Origin: Callorhinchus milii
Taxonomy: Eukaryota
NCBI RefSeq assembly: GCF_018977255.1
Contig: NW_024704752.1
Span: 9,300,001 to 9,364,000 of the forward strand
Direction: 5' to 3'
Length of the DNA stretch: 64,000 nucleotides
Position 1 is the first letter of the stretch. Each line of letters opens with the position of its first letter. This document shows positions 56,101 to 64,000 of the stretch, piece by piece. A program made the position numbers and the translations under genes. The notes below the pieces were generated by a model. That model did no database searches. It was not told the origin of the DNA and saw nothing but the letters and a program-made list of their open reading frames with translations.

Positions 56101-59100
56101 AAATGTGTCTTCCTCAAGAGGCAAATAGGATTCATGGCAACTGTAATGGCTAAAGGTTAATTCTGTTCACGTCATATCTTTATAGATTTATATTTATGCT
56201 TGCTCTGTTTCTACTTCAGTTGCAAAGGTTAAAATAATTAGCTTTTTCACATATTATCAATAGTAGCCTTGTAATTAGGCGAAATGATTAAACAATTTTT
56301 CACAAGCAGCTACAATATGTTTCCAATAAAATGAACTAATATTGGAAAAAATAGTTTGCAGAGTACTTATAAAATTGTCTATCACAAGATTAATTTTAAT
56401 TTTACAGATTTTTAATTAATAATCGAGTACGTTTTCTGGCATTGCTCAATCAACAGATTTTTTTCTAAAATTCCTTTTTTAAATTAAGAAACTTAAGTCA
56501 GAAACAAAAAGCTTAGCAATAGTAAGCAAAAAGACTAGATAAACCAAGAAGTAGGCAACTCCAAGCTTTGCTGTGAATTGTTGGAGGAAGGGAATAGTGA
56601 GAGTGGTAAAGGGTGAATAATAATAATAATAATCCTTGCATTTGATATAGCGCTTTTCACGTCTTATAGATGTCTCAAAGCGCTTCACAGAATAGATTGA
56701 AAAGTGAATTGACTGTACATTTGTGGGCAAAATTAATAAGGTAGTTTTCCTGGAAAAACATTCACTACACTTTACACTGAATCCTGATATGTGCTCCCGG
56801 TGTGAAAAACCTTGTCAAATTAAAGGACTTTTTTTTATATATGGGGAACGAAGTAATGAGGCAATTTTGCACGGGGAGAAGGAATGGCATGCAGGGCAAT
56901 TTAGTTAGAACTTGGAAGGAAAGTTCAACAATAACCAGTATCACAAGATTGGTTTGGATAAAGAAGTCCCATTCAATCTCATCAAAACACCCACCCTACC
57001 AGCTGCCCATCACTTAATCCAGCTGCTTTTTACATGAATACCATTCTGGCCTCTACCACTTTTTCTGACAACCTGTTTCAGTCATTTATTCCCCTCTACC
57101 TAAAGAAAAACTTCCCAGTACCTGTCCGGAAATTGCCGTTTACAACTCTGCTTGTTCTACTGTCTTGATGCATCCTAAAGTATTGAACTGGGTTTATTTT
57201 TTCCAATCACATTTAGAATTTTATACACCTCTGTAAGGTTTTCTCTGAGTCCTCTTCTCTCTGAAGACTGATTAGCCCTAGCTTGTCTAATCATTGCTCA
57301 TAGCTCATTCCTCACAGTTCATCGCTAACACTGGGGATCATCCTCATTGCTCTACACTGCACTGCCTCTAGGGCTCAGGCAGCCCTTTTATGTAGCCCCC
57401 TTACATTGCTGTAATTAGAACTGCACTCTCCCATACTTTCCCTCATGATTCCAACCCCCAGCTCAGGTGTAAAGCCTTAACTGTGCCTCTTGACGTGAAA
57501 GGCACGATATAAATGCAATTTGTTGTTTGTTGGTGTTGTTGTGTGTTCAATGTGCCATCTGACCAGAGCCTTCACAGCATTTCAGTTTGAATATCAAACC
57601 CAAGTGTCAACTGACTTAATAATATAAGCATCCTGCTTGCCATGTTTATTGCTGCCTCACTGTTTTTACGCAGTGATTCATAAATCAACTAACTTATCAT
57701 GGACTTCCCCCATGACGAGTTCTATTCCATCCATGGAATACTTGTGTTTCCTATTCTTGGATCCTTTGTGTAATATCAATAAAATGAAGAGAAAGTTTAG
57801 CAGAAAGTATGAAAAAATGCCAGAAGAGTCTCTCTAAACAAAGGAGCAGCATTTACGTTTTAGCAGACTTTGAAATTAAGACCTGTTGATAGAAAACTGG
57901 CTATTTTGAAAAGGAACTTTAACCATAAAAGCTTGAAGATGTTCAGATAGTTAATAAGTATTGCATTGTTGTCGTACCAGCACACAGAGAGCTGTTGCTC
58001 TGGTCGATCTCATAACCCTCATTACAGCTGCAGTTGTATCCTCCAAACACATTGGTGCAGATCTGCTGACAAGAGGAGATGTTCTCCAGACATTCATCAA
58101 GATCTAGAAAAAAAAGTTTAGAAAGTAAGATATGTTGAAGCCAACATTTCTCTTGCTGTTGGGTGTTAAGCGACAGATTACCTGAATGCTGTCTCAGGAT
58201 CATGTTCTTGCAAAAAAGGGCACGACGTGAAGAAAAGAACTAACATAAACATTAATTTTGGTGTAAATGATCAAAATATAAAAGTGCACTATAAGAAATG
58301 GTGAAGTTGTAAATGATATCTGATAATGTTAACAATAATGTGGAAGCAAGGGCAACAAAAGCAAAAATTGCAAGACCATGCAAAGTACAGCGAACATGCT
58401 ATAAAAGGTGAGTGAATATACAAAGAATTTGCATTGGCCAAATCCCTTTTTCACCCTGAATTCATAGGAAAACTTCAAAAGAAGCAGAAGGTGCTAAAAG
58501 AATCGCACATGGTGAAATCTTCCCTACCCCCAAATGAAACAACTGATCCCATAAGTGGAGGCTGTGGTGTTCACGTGCATTATACATAGGACAATATTGT
58601 AGTTGAGTCAGAGCAGTATTGCAGTGCAATACCAAAATCAATATCTTTGTATCTATGCTGATTTTGCATCTACTCTCTTCACAGAACAAGGGATGAATTA
58701 CCATGTCTGGTTTAGTATAGGAACTCCATGAGTCAAGACATCAACTATTAATACCCATTCTTACGTCTTCATAGTGAGACGTGATGATGCACGGTCAAGG
58801 CCCTGCTTGTCCCAACTGATTTTATTGGGAAAACTATCATCTAATACATTTGTTACATTTATTCAGTGTTGTATTTATTTTGATGAGAGACTTCAGTGAA
58901 AGTCATGTTCCTTACCATAACACTTTAAACCATCTCCTTGTAAATAATCTGGACATGGATCACAGGTATAGCCCTCTTGTGGTGCCGGTTGATCTTTGCA
59001 AGTGTCGTTCAGGAAACACTGATTGTCTTCACAACCATCAAAATCCTCTGTGCAGTAATCGCCAGTGTAAGCTTCACTGCAGTTACACATCGAGATCTTG

Positions 59101-62100
59101 ATTAAAAACAAAACAGGCATTTACATTTTAGGATTCAATTAGAAGAATGTTTGTTTTCTAATAATTTCATAGGAATTCTCCTGTATTTTAAACCCAACAG
59201 TAGAACAGAATATCCTACAAAAAAAAACTAGGGGAATAATGTGGAATTAGAGTAGCAGCCAGGATTTACAACTCAAACACAAAGATATATGCATACTATA
59301 AATTAAGATCAGCAGAGACAAATGCACGGTGGCACACAAACTTTCTAAAGCTACATTTCTAAATTTATATAAAACCTTGGTTAAACCACATTTGAAGTTA
59401 TGTGTCCAATTCTGGTCATCACACTACAAGAAGAATGTAACAGCGATGGAAAGAATAATGAGCAGGTTTACTAGGAATGATACCAGGGATGGCAGGTTCT
59501 ACTGTTGTGAAACCCATTTTGTTCAGGTGCTATCACTGGTTGATTGACATAAGGAAACCAGCAGGAAAGGTAATATTTTGTGTTTGGATTCTCCAATGAA
59601 TCTTCACCCATTCTCAAGCACAATCTCTTCAAATTACAGCACATGATTTTTTATTTCAAACTATTTCTTACATTCTACCTTACCTGAAAGGCACTGTTAT
59701 TTCTGTCAATAGTCAGAATTGATCCAGAATAATCACAGGTTGAGTTGATGCTGCAGTTGCACAATATCAGTGTCAATCCTAACTCAGCAACAGCTTTTGA
59801 ATCATTAGCTTGTACAATCACAAACACTGGAGTGGCACTTGTTGGATGCCAAGTGAAGTTTCCATTTTCTATCAGATTAAGAGCAGAGATGCATTCCTGA
59901 TTTTCAGAAATTCTGTACATTCAAATACATTTACAAAGCAACTCCACCAAAGCAAAAGATCTGAACATTTTACTTTTTAAAAAACTTCTTGCCTGAAGAT
60001 GCTGATAGACAAATACCACCCACCCTCAAGTAGCTTGCTTAAGTGGTCATTCCTTAATTGTTAGTGAGTTCTGTCAAACTATTTTATTGTGAGGGCCATC
60101 ACAGCGAAACTCAATGTTTTCTTCGGTTAGTAATGTCCTTAACAACACTTTCCAGCTGGAGATACTGGTAACAGATCAAGAGGAGGAACTCTGAATTTCC
60201 TTTTCTGGAGCATGAAAGCACTGAGTTCACATCGAGTGCTGCTGAGAGCAACTGACTCAGGATAGAATGGGAATGGACCTGGGACCTTATTGTAAGTTTG
60301 TATTGGAAAGTGCACTTGATCAACTAAACTATTAAGGTTCTGAGGCCAAACTTGCTGGAAACATGTTCAGCATTTTGTGTGCCTCCTGCACTCAGGTTAT
60401 CTAAGGCCAGGCTTCATAGTAGACACATAGATTGTAATTAGCTCTGATAGTTAACAGGTTATGTTTGAAAAACCTCTCTTCATTGGGATTACATATTTAT
60501 TGCAGCTCCATAATTTTATGAGGTAGCTATGTGAAAGGCTGATTAAGAAAATAAATGTTTACAGTTTTGATAATACTGTATTTCAGTAATACTGTAGTAT
60601 GAAAACAGCATTATGCTACTGAAGGTCTAATTTCTAATTGCTGTAATAATATAATATTAATTACAGATTTTTTTAAAATCATATAGTAACTGACTGTACC
60701 AATTAAAAATATAGCTCAGAACAATATTCACAAATTGGAGACATGTAGGTTACTATTGATATTTACTACAGAATGGTAATGAACAAGCTGAGAATATACT
60801 AGCACAGAGATTTATTGCATATAATCTGGGATCATATGTGTAATGAAAAAATAATTATTTAGTCTGAAATAAAGTATCAAATGGAATATTTCTTTGAACC
60901 ATCCACAGGATCCTAGTGAAACTGCGTGGAAGCATGAGCGAGAGCAATTGGAAGCTATTTTCTCAAAATATATATAGAAATTCCAAATACAGCTTCAAAA
61001 TGTGACTGAAGCCCAAAACTCTAAAAATAGGGTGTGGACTTACAGCCCAAAACTGTTCTTAATTTAGCATCAGATTGTCAATCTCATCAGAGAGCACAGG
61101 GCGTTGTAGAAATAGAAATTAACATCATGGTTCTTCTGAGAATGGGTTTGAACCTCATTGTTGAAGCAAAGTTATAGGAATTTAACTTAACATCTGATCA
61201 TACTGATTTTGGGTGCCTTTACTGGTCATGGGTGATTACATTGGAAAAAGTTTCCTTTTACCTAACATCTTTCATCTTCATGATCACAAAATTGCTCAAA
61301 TATGCTGCAGGATATGAAATGCAAACACATATGATAAAAGCATTGGTACCTGTCATACTGATATCTGCAGAATCAGTCAGCACTGAAAATATCACCTTAT
61401 CGTCATTGAGATCAGTTGCGGAAAAAATAAAGAATACCGGCTCATCAAGACGGGTTTCAAAGACTGAATTTCCAGTGATGTTGGGTGGGAAATTATCTGT
61501 GAAATGTTACACATTTATTATTGACATTCCCAGCTCTCTTATATACAAGAACATTGGAGGCTTTGCACACAAGAGCAAAACATTCCTATTATAAATTAAA
61601 AAATAATTATAAATTAAAAGAAATCAAAATACGGAGTTGTGTCAAAGTACAAATACAAATACTGTAAACTGAGCAGTAAAATATTTAAGGCCAAACATAT
61701 TCTTTTTGGAACAAGAAAACCGCAAGCCCTTTTTGATGAGTTTGAACCTACCCACCTTCTCATTACATCCCTTATTCCATTCATTCCATCCCTCATATGT
61801 CTACTTGCCTTTTGAACCTCCTTCAAGTCTCTCATAGCTATTACTGGTTTATGTTATGTTAGAAGTCACAACAAAAAGTCAAGGAGTTACAAATGAAATA
61901 GAATCAAGCTATATGACAAGCTAGTAAAATATATAGGTATGAAATCCTACCAATTCAAACTTATCGCCACAAATGAAACATTGAATAGAATAATACTCTG
62001 GAGGGAGTTGAAAGTTACTTTAAATAATGATATGGGACAAGAGCTTGTAAAGCACTTTGTATATTCAGGTATTATTTGACATACTTACTCATTGTACTAT

Positions 62101-62352
62101 TCTGTGATCCAAAAGATGTGATACTTTGCAAGGTTGCTGCTCCAAAAGAAAAGTCGTCTGTACTTAAAATGTCAAAAATGCAATCATCATTTCCTTTGCA
62201 GGTTTCGTTCGCTTTGTTAATTTTCTCTTTATCTGTCGTATTCAACAGTTCATCGTAGAACTTGGGTACAAAGCTATTGTTGTTGTAGGTGTACCAGGTC
62301 TCCCCAGGATAACTGTTGTATGTGAACAGGGTGTTGTTCTCAGTCGTTTTCC
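23072..62352 (-). CDS. MUC4: Mucin-4-like transmembrane mucin locus; 5'-partial, 38 coding exons, duplicated MUC4 ectodomain module
   Basis: Phase-compatible GT-AG exon chain from 62352 to stop at 23072, with one +1 frameshift in the PTS repeat. Domains: NIDO (FTDNG...AAFWADAD), AMOP, VWD with GDPH, EGFs, [21 protein letters not shown] (human MUC4 CEHLSMKLDAFFGIFFGAL, from memory). Adjacent to TNK2 as in tetrapods. Joining the upstream and downstream modules into one gene is inference. Confidence 0.85.
23580..23872 (+). mobile_element. L2-type LINE 3' fragment
   Basis: acttcctctttgaccg...tttacggtcacc...ataaatgcaagttgttgttg tail. Confidence 0.65.
24086..24189 (-). CDS. MUC4: MUC4-like cytoplasmic tail exon
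   Basis: tttcag|TG ACT...GCA AAG|gtataa; [34 protein letters not shown], phase 1-0. Confidence 0.8.
24645..24697 (-). CDS. MUC4: MUC4-like cytoplasmic tail exon
   Basis: ctaacag|T ACT...CAC C|gtaagt; [17 protein letters not shown], phase 2-1. Confidence 0.78.
25393..25581 (-). CDS. MUC4: MUC4-like exon: EGF end and transmembrane helix
   Basis: [50 protein letters not shown]. Confidence 0.93.
25770..25938 (-). CDS. MUC4: MUC4-like juxtamembrane EGF exon
   Basis: [55 protein letters not shown]. Confidence 0.92.
26031..26233 (-). CDS. MUC4: MUC4-like SEA-like region exon with RSRR motif
   Basis: [67 protein letters not shown], phase 2-1. Confidence 0.9.
26873..26931 (-). CDS. MUC4: MUC4-like small exon (SEA-like region)
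   Basis: tcttag|GTC CTT AAA...TTC TG|gttggt; phase 0-2 bridges the flanking exons. Confidence 0.75.
27565..27930 (+). repeat. Unclassified repeat with internal ATTCAATGCAGCCGGTAAGTGCG-like subrepeats (copy 1)
   Basis: Colinear with the reverse complement of 34830-35165. Confidence 0.8.
28177..28286 (-). CDS. MUC4: MUC4-like exon (start of SEA-like region)
   Basis: [36 protein letters not shown]; tctcag acceptor, gtacag donor. Confidence 0.82.
28682..28870 (-). CDS. MUC4: MUC4-like EGF exon
   Basis: [63 protein letters not shown]. Confidence 0.9.
30059..30157 (-). CDS. MUC4: MUC4-like calcium-binding EGF exon
   Basis: [33 protein letters not shown]. Confidence 0.9.
30738..30900 (-). CDS. 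MUC4: MUC4-like EGF-like Cys-rich exon (module B)
   Basis: [54 protein letters not shown]. Confidence 0.9.
31010..31410 (+). mobile_element. Degenerate Deu-domain SINE
   Basis: gctgcattgtcgaggtgcc...gatgttaaacc...taaagatcctatggcactgtttgaa...tatatcaaataccaggattatt. Confidence 0.7.
32325..32628 (+). mobile_element. Full-length young tRNA-derived SINE
   Basis: gagtcctgtagctcagtggttagagcactcgctttgcaagcgagagacctgggttcgattcc ... (TTA)n. Confidence 0.93.
32856..33034 (-). CDS. MUC4: MUC4-like post-VWD exon (module B)
   Basis: [59 protein letters not shown]. Confidence 0.92.
33677..33805 (-). CDS. MUC4: MUC4-like post-VWD exon (module B)
   Basis: [42 protein letters not shown]. Confidence 0.87.
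34256..34495 (-). CDS. MUC4: MUC4-like post-VWD exon (module B)
   Basis: [10 protein letters not shown]...[12 protein letters not shown]...[23 protein letters not shown]...QNSTL. Confidence 0.92.
34830..35165 (-). repeat. Same unclassified repeat (copy 2, inverted)
   Basis: Reverse complement shares catttaatatgactta, gcaggcaaa, taatcaataatc, catgggtaattcaatgca, cacacttacc.gcaagcattgga.tcgcattgaatcg, ggatcaaaact with copy 1. Confidence 0.8.
35333..35718 (+). mobile_element. Near full-length older Deu-domain SINE (SacSINE/AmnSINE-like)
   Basis: tRNA head tggctcagttggta...ggttcaagccc; Deu-like core gcattgtcagaggtgccgtc...gacgttaaac...taaagat..atggtactatttgaaaagagcagggag; L2-like tail. Confidence 0.8.
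36413..36514 (-). CDS. MUC4: MUC4-like VWD C-terminal exon
   Basis: [34 protein letters not shown]. Confidence 0.92.
36732..36911 (-). CDS. MUC4: MUC4-like VWD exon
   Basis: ...[39 protein letters not shown]. Confidence 0.9.
37258..37339 (-). CDS. MUC4: MUC4-like VWD exon
   Basis: [27 protein letters not shown]. Confidence 0.87.
37751..37959 (-). CDS. MUC4: MUC4-like VWD first exon with GDPH autocleavage motif (37937-37948)
   Basis: [31 protein letters not shown]...[23 protein letters not shown]. Confidence 0.95.
38390..38546 (+). repeat. Unclassified interspersed repeat (copy 2)
   Basis: Homologous to 1-148 in the same orientation. Confidence 0.7.
38782..39302 (+). mobile_element. CR1-type LINE 3' end with an inverted CR1 3' fragment nested at ~39025-39183
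   Basis: ccagaggacacaaatttaagata...tctggaatgcactgcctgaaagggtggtg...tgggctgaatggcctcct; insert ggagtaggccattcagcccctcgagcctg. Confidence 0.85.
39303..39619 (-). mobile_element. Full-length young tRNA-derived SINE
   Basis: Reverse complement of the 32325-32628 family. Confidence 0.93.
39935..40054 (-). CDS. MUC4: MUC4-like AMOP C-terminal exon
   Basis: [39 protein letters not shown]. Confidence 0.92.
40191..40343 (-). CDS. MUC4: MUC4-like AMOP exon
   Basis: [50 protein letters not shown]. Confidence 0.87.
40668..41200 (-). mobile_element. L2-type LINE 3' fragment
   Basis: acaacttgtatttatatagc...cccaaagcgcttgacag tail; gagtgttccagagt, gcagagttttggatcagctg RT-end motifs. Confidence 0.75.
41786..41968 (-). 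CDS. MUC4: MUC4-like NIDO end / AMOP start exon
   Basis: LKGLWAYKL...[39 protein letters not shown]. Confidence 0.92.
42213..42301 (-). CDS. MUC4: MUC4-like NIDO exon
   Basis: [29 protein letters not shown]. Confidence 0.88.
43510..43640 (-). CDS. MUC4: MUC4-like NIDO exon
   Basis: [43 protein letters not shown]. Confidence 0.92.
44663..44818 (-). CDS. MUC4: MUC4-like NIDO exon
   Basis: [52 protein letters not shown]. Confidence 0.92.
45000..45620 (-). mobile_element. Degenerate CR1-type LINE fragment
   Basis: ataattttgaacacctcaatcaggtcccctctca...gaattgcacacagtattcta. Confidence 0.65.
45922..46083 (-). CDS. MUC4: MUC4-like NIDO exon
   Basis: [10 protein letters not shown]...[36 protein letters not shown]. 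Confidence 0.93.
46479..46612 (-). CDS. MUC4: MUC4-like pre-NIDO exon
   Basis: [44 protein letters not shown]. Confidence 0.92.
47894..49424 (-). CDS. MUC4: Mucin PTS tandem-repeat exon (~510 aa) with a +1 frameshift near 48757
   Basis: gtttag|GA AAT TTG ACC acceptor; Thr-rich ORFs 48550-49464 and 47823-48902 join after removing one base. Donor is GGA T|gtaaga (47894) or CCA A|gtacct (47912), both phase 1. Confidence 0.85.
47936..49100. repeat. 21-bp coding minisatellite (~55 units), + strand consensus GCAGTGGTTTTGCTGGTGCCT
   Basis: Directly visible; encodes TTAGT(S/T/I)(K/E) heptads on the - strand. Confidence 0.97.
49110..49350. repeat. 30-33-bp degenerate coding repeat ([10 protein letters not shown]-type)
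   Basis: Repeated GTTGTTGCTGTTGTGGGTGAAGAGCT-like units, ~7 copies. Confidence 0.85.
50237..50354 (-). pseudogene. Decayed cbEGF pseudo-exon
   Basis: [27 protein letters not shown]-(frameshift)[10 protein letters not shown]; first Cys changed to Tyr, acceptor AG reads GG, donor lost. Confidence 0.8.
51022..51122 (-). other. Truncated cbEGF exon copy: pseudo-exon or alternative terminal exon
   Basis: Intact acceptor ctttcag|GT GTG AAT GAA TGT; [32 protein letters not shown] then TAA; donor deleted; AATAAA(-) at 50931-50936. Confidence 0.75.
51330..51648 (-). mobile_element. Full-length young tRNA-derived SINE
   Basis: Same family as 32325-32628. Confidence 0.93.
51811..51939 (-). CDS. cbEGF exon (8th of array)
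   Basis: [43 protein letters not shown], phase 1-1. Confidence 0.92.
52193..52315 (-). CDS. cbEGF exon (7th)
   Basis: [41 protein letters not shown]. Confidence 0.9.
53068..53190 (-). CDS. cbEGF exon (6th)
   Basis: [41 protein letters not shown]. Confidence 0.92.
53546..53785 (-). CDS. Double cbEGF exon (4th and 5th)
   Basis: [12 protein letters not shown]...[20 protein letters not shown]...[10 protein letters not shown]. Confidence 0.93.
54823..54942 (-). CDS. cbEGF exon (3rd)
   Basis: [40 protein letters not shown]. Confidence 0.92.
55948..56070 (-). CDS. cbEGF exon (2nd)
   Basis: [41 protein letters not shown]. Confidence 0.92.
56617..56729 (-). mobile_element. SINE 3' tail fragment
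   Basis: (TAA)n tccttgcatttgatatagcgcttttcacgtc...gactgtacatttgtgggc. Confidence 0.85.
56935..57380 (-). mobile_element. Degenerate CR1-type LINE fragment
   Basis: gcctctaccact...ccctctacctaaagaaaaactt...ttttatacacctctgtaagg...ctctacactgcactgcctctagg. Confidence 0.6.
57978..58103 (-). CDS. cbEGF exon (1st)
   Basis: [42 protein letters not shown]. Confidence 0.92.
58916..59096 (-). CDS. MUC4-type EGF-like Cys-rich exon (module A)
   Basis: [60 protein letters not shown]; paralogous to 30738-30900. Confidence 0.92.
59345..59490 (+). mobile_element. CR1 RT fragment
   Basis: Translates [23 protein letters not shown], matching the CR1 [19 protein letters not shown] motif. Confidence 0.75.
59684..59868 (-). 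CDS. MUC4-type post-VWD exon (module A)
   Basis: [47 protein letters not shown]...; paralogous to 32856-33034. Confidence 0.92.
61350..61496 (-). CDS. MUC4-type post-VWD exon (module A)
   Basis: [48 protein letters not shown]; paralogous to 33677-33805. Confidence 0.88.
62089..62352 (-). CDS. MUC4-type post-VWD exon (module A)
   Basis: [11 protein letters not shown]...[11 protein letters not shown]...[23 protein letters not shown]...QNSTM; paralogous to 34256-34495. Confidence 0.9.
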
Positions 62353-62494
62353 CTAAAAAATGATTTTAGCAAATTGATAAAGGTTTTGCAAATCATAAAG
62401 TTATAAGAACATATAGAGAGAAATTAGTACCATGTCTTCGCCAACAATCCCCCAAATAAAATTAATCATTCTCTCCATGGCTGTTTGTGGGACA

Positions 62495-63733
62495 ACAACA
62501 ACAACAAAATGACATTTATAGAGCAACTTTCACATTGAGAGGACGTCCCAAAGCGCTGAACAGTCAGGTGTTGGGGTCCGAGCATGGGGGAGGGGGTGTA
62601 GGGGTGAGGGAAGGCAGAGAGGTGGGAGGGAGACCAAAGGCATGGTCGAAGAGAAAGGTCTTGACACCAGCCTTGAAAGAGGCAAGGGAGGAAGCGATGA
62701 GAAGGGAACATGGGATGGAGTTCCAGAGTGTGGGGGCAGAGAGGCTGAAAGCCCGGCCACCAATGGTAGAGCGGGTTGGGCGGGAGACGTGGAACAGGCC
62801 GGAGCCCGATGAATGGAGGGTGCGGGCAGCTTGGTACGGAGTCAGCAGGTCAGAGAGGTAGGAGGGGGCAAGGCCATGGATGGCCTTAAAAGTGAGGACA
62901 AGGATCTTGAACTTTGGAGTCCTGTAGCTCAGTGGTTAGAGCACTTGCTTTGCAAGCGAGAGACCTGAGTTCAATTCCAGGCAGAGGGCGAAACCTTGGG
63001 CAAGTTTCCTTACTCCACACACAGCATAATAATAATCATAATATTAATCCCTCTAAAACAATAATAAATTGGTCATTTTCAATCTACGACTGTTTGTGGG
63101 ACATTGCTGTGCGCAATTGGCTGCCGCGTTCGCCCACAAATATACAGTCAATTCACTTTACAGTATATTCTGTGAAGCGCTTTGAGACGTCTAGAAGATG
63201 TGAAAAGCGCTATATCAAATGCAAGGATTATTATTATTATTATGGGGGATGAGGAGCCAGTGGAGTCGGGCGAGGGTGGGAGTGATGGGGTCACGGAGCC
63301 TGGTGCGTGAGAATGCACGAGCTGCAGAGTTTTGTATGATCTGCAGCTTGTGAAGGGAAGAGTTGGGAAGGCCGATGAGGAGGAAGTTCCCGTAATCGAG
63401 CCTTGATGTGACGAATGTGTGGGTGAGGGTTTCGGCAGCCTGAGGGGGCCGTGGCAGAGTCTCTCACTGTTGTGGAGGTGGTGGTAGGCAGTGCCGGTCA
63501 TGGCGCGGATGTAGGGAGAAAGGATGGTTCAGGGTCAAAGCCAGGTTCCTGACTGGCTTAGTGAGGTTGAGTGTGCAGCCGTGGAGGCTGATGCTGCCAG
63601 CGTCTGAGGTGCGAAGGCAATGGTGCGAGCTAATCAGGAGGGCCTAGGTCTTGCTGACATTGAGTTGGAGAAAGTTGGCCCTTGTCTAGGACTTGATGTC
63701 AGACAGGCAGTCGATCAGGACGCCAATAGTCGT
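62495..63733 (-). mobile_element. L2-type LINE 3' fragment interrupted by a young SINE
   Basis: (CAA)n tail at 62493-62506; gagttccagagt, aggatcttgaac, gcagagttttgtatgatctgcagc, ttgagttggag...ttgatgtcagacaggcag RT-end motifs. Confidence 0.85.
62916..63243 (+). mobile_element. Full-length young tRNA-derived SINE nested in L2
   Basis: ggagtcctgtagctcagtggttagagc ... aaaagcgctatatcaaatgcaaggattattattattattat. Confidence 0.93.
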
Positions 63734-64000
63734 GGACATTGATGCATGCAAATTGGCTGCCATGTTTCGCCCACAAAATACACAGTGAATCCACTTTACA
63801 GTATATCTTGTGAAGTGCTTTAAGGCATCTCAACAGATGCTATATCAAATGCAAGAATTTGTATTATTTTCACAAGCATTATGCGTGAGCTTTAATAGTG
63901 AGTGACAGACCATTCAATCATATGGATATCACAATCAAGCCCAACCTTATCTCGCTTGAAATATACATGGGCACCTTGCTAAGAGGGTATCTGAATAGCG

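Noticed and set aside
50237-58103. Separate fibrillin/fibulin/LTBP gene
   Set aside because: No TB or other diagnostic domains; the cbEGF exons splice in phase directly from MUC4-type exons.
62466-63501. Several 77-124 aa ORFs
   Set aside because: They fall inside decayed L2/SINE sequence.

Overview
This is a vertebrate genomic window, probably from a cartilaginous fish (inferred from its tRNA/Deu-type SINEs and CR1/L2 repeats). It holds two convergent multi-exon genes. On the + strand is the 3' part of TNK2/ACK1: 13 coding exons at 2198-17066 encoding kinase, SH3, CRIB, clathrin box, PPAY, Mig6-homology and UBA regions, with the 5' SAM exons outside the window. On the - strand is a large MUC4-like mucin locus with 38 phase-compatible coding exons at 62352-23072, 5'-incomplete. 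Its architecture is unusual: a first post-VWD/EGF module, then 8 calcium-binding EGF domains, then an internal PTS tandem-repeat exon with a +1 frameshift, then a complete second NIDO-AMOP-VWD(GDPH)-EGF-SEA-like-EGF-TM module and an ~85-aa tail carrying a MUC3/12/17-like motif. Two decayed EGF exon copies lie between the modules; one may act as an alternative terminal exon giving a secreted form. The introns carry many SINE/LINE fragments, several of them nested, plus an unclassified ~330-bp repeat with ZNF143- and NRF1-like motifs. Exon boundaries were read by eye from GT-AG sites and frame continuity. Human protein comparisons are from memory and need verifying.
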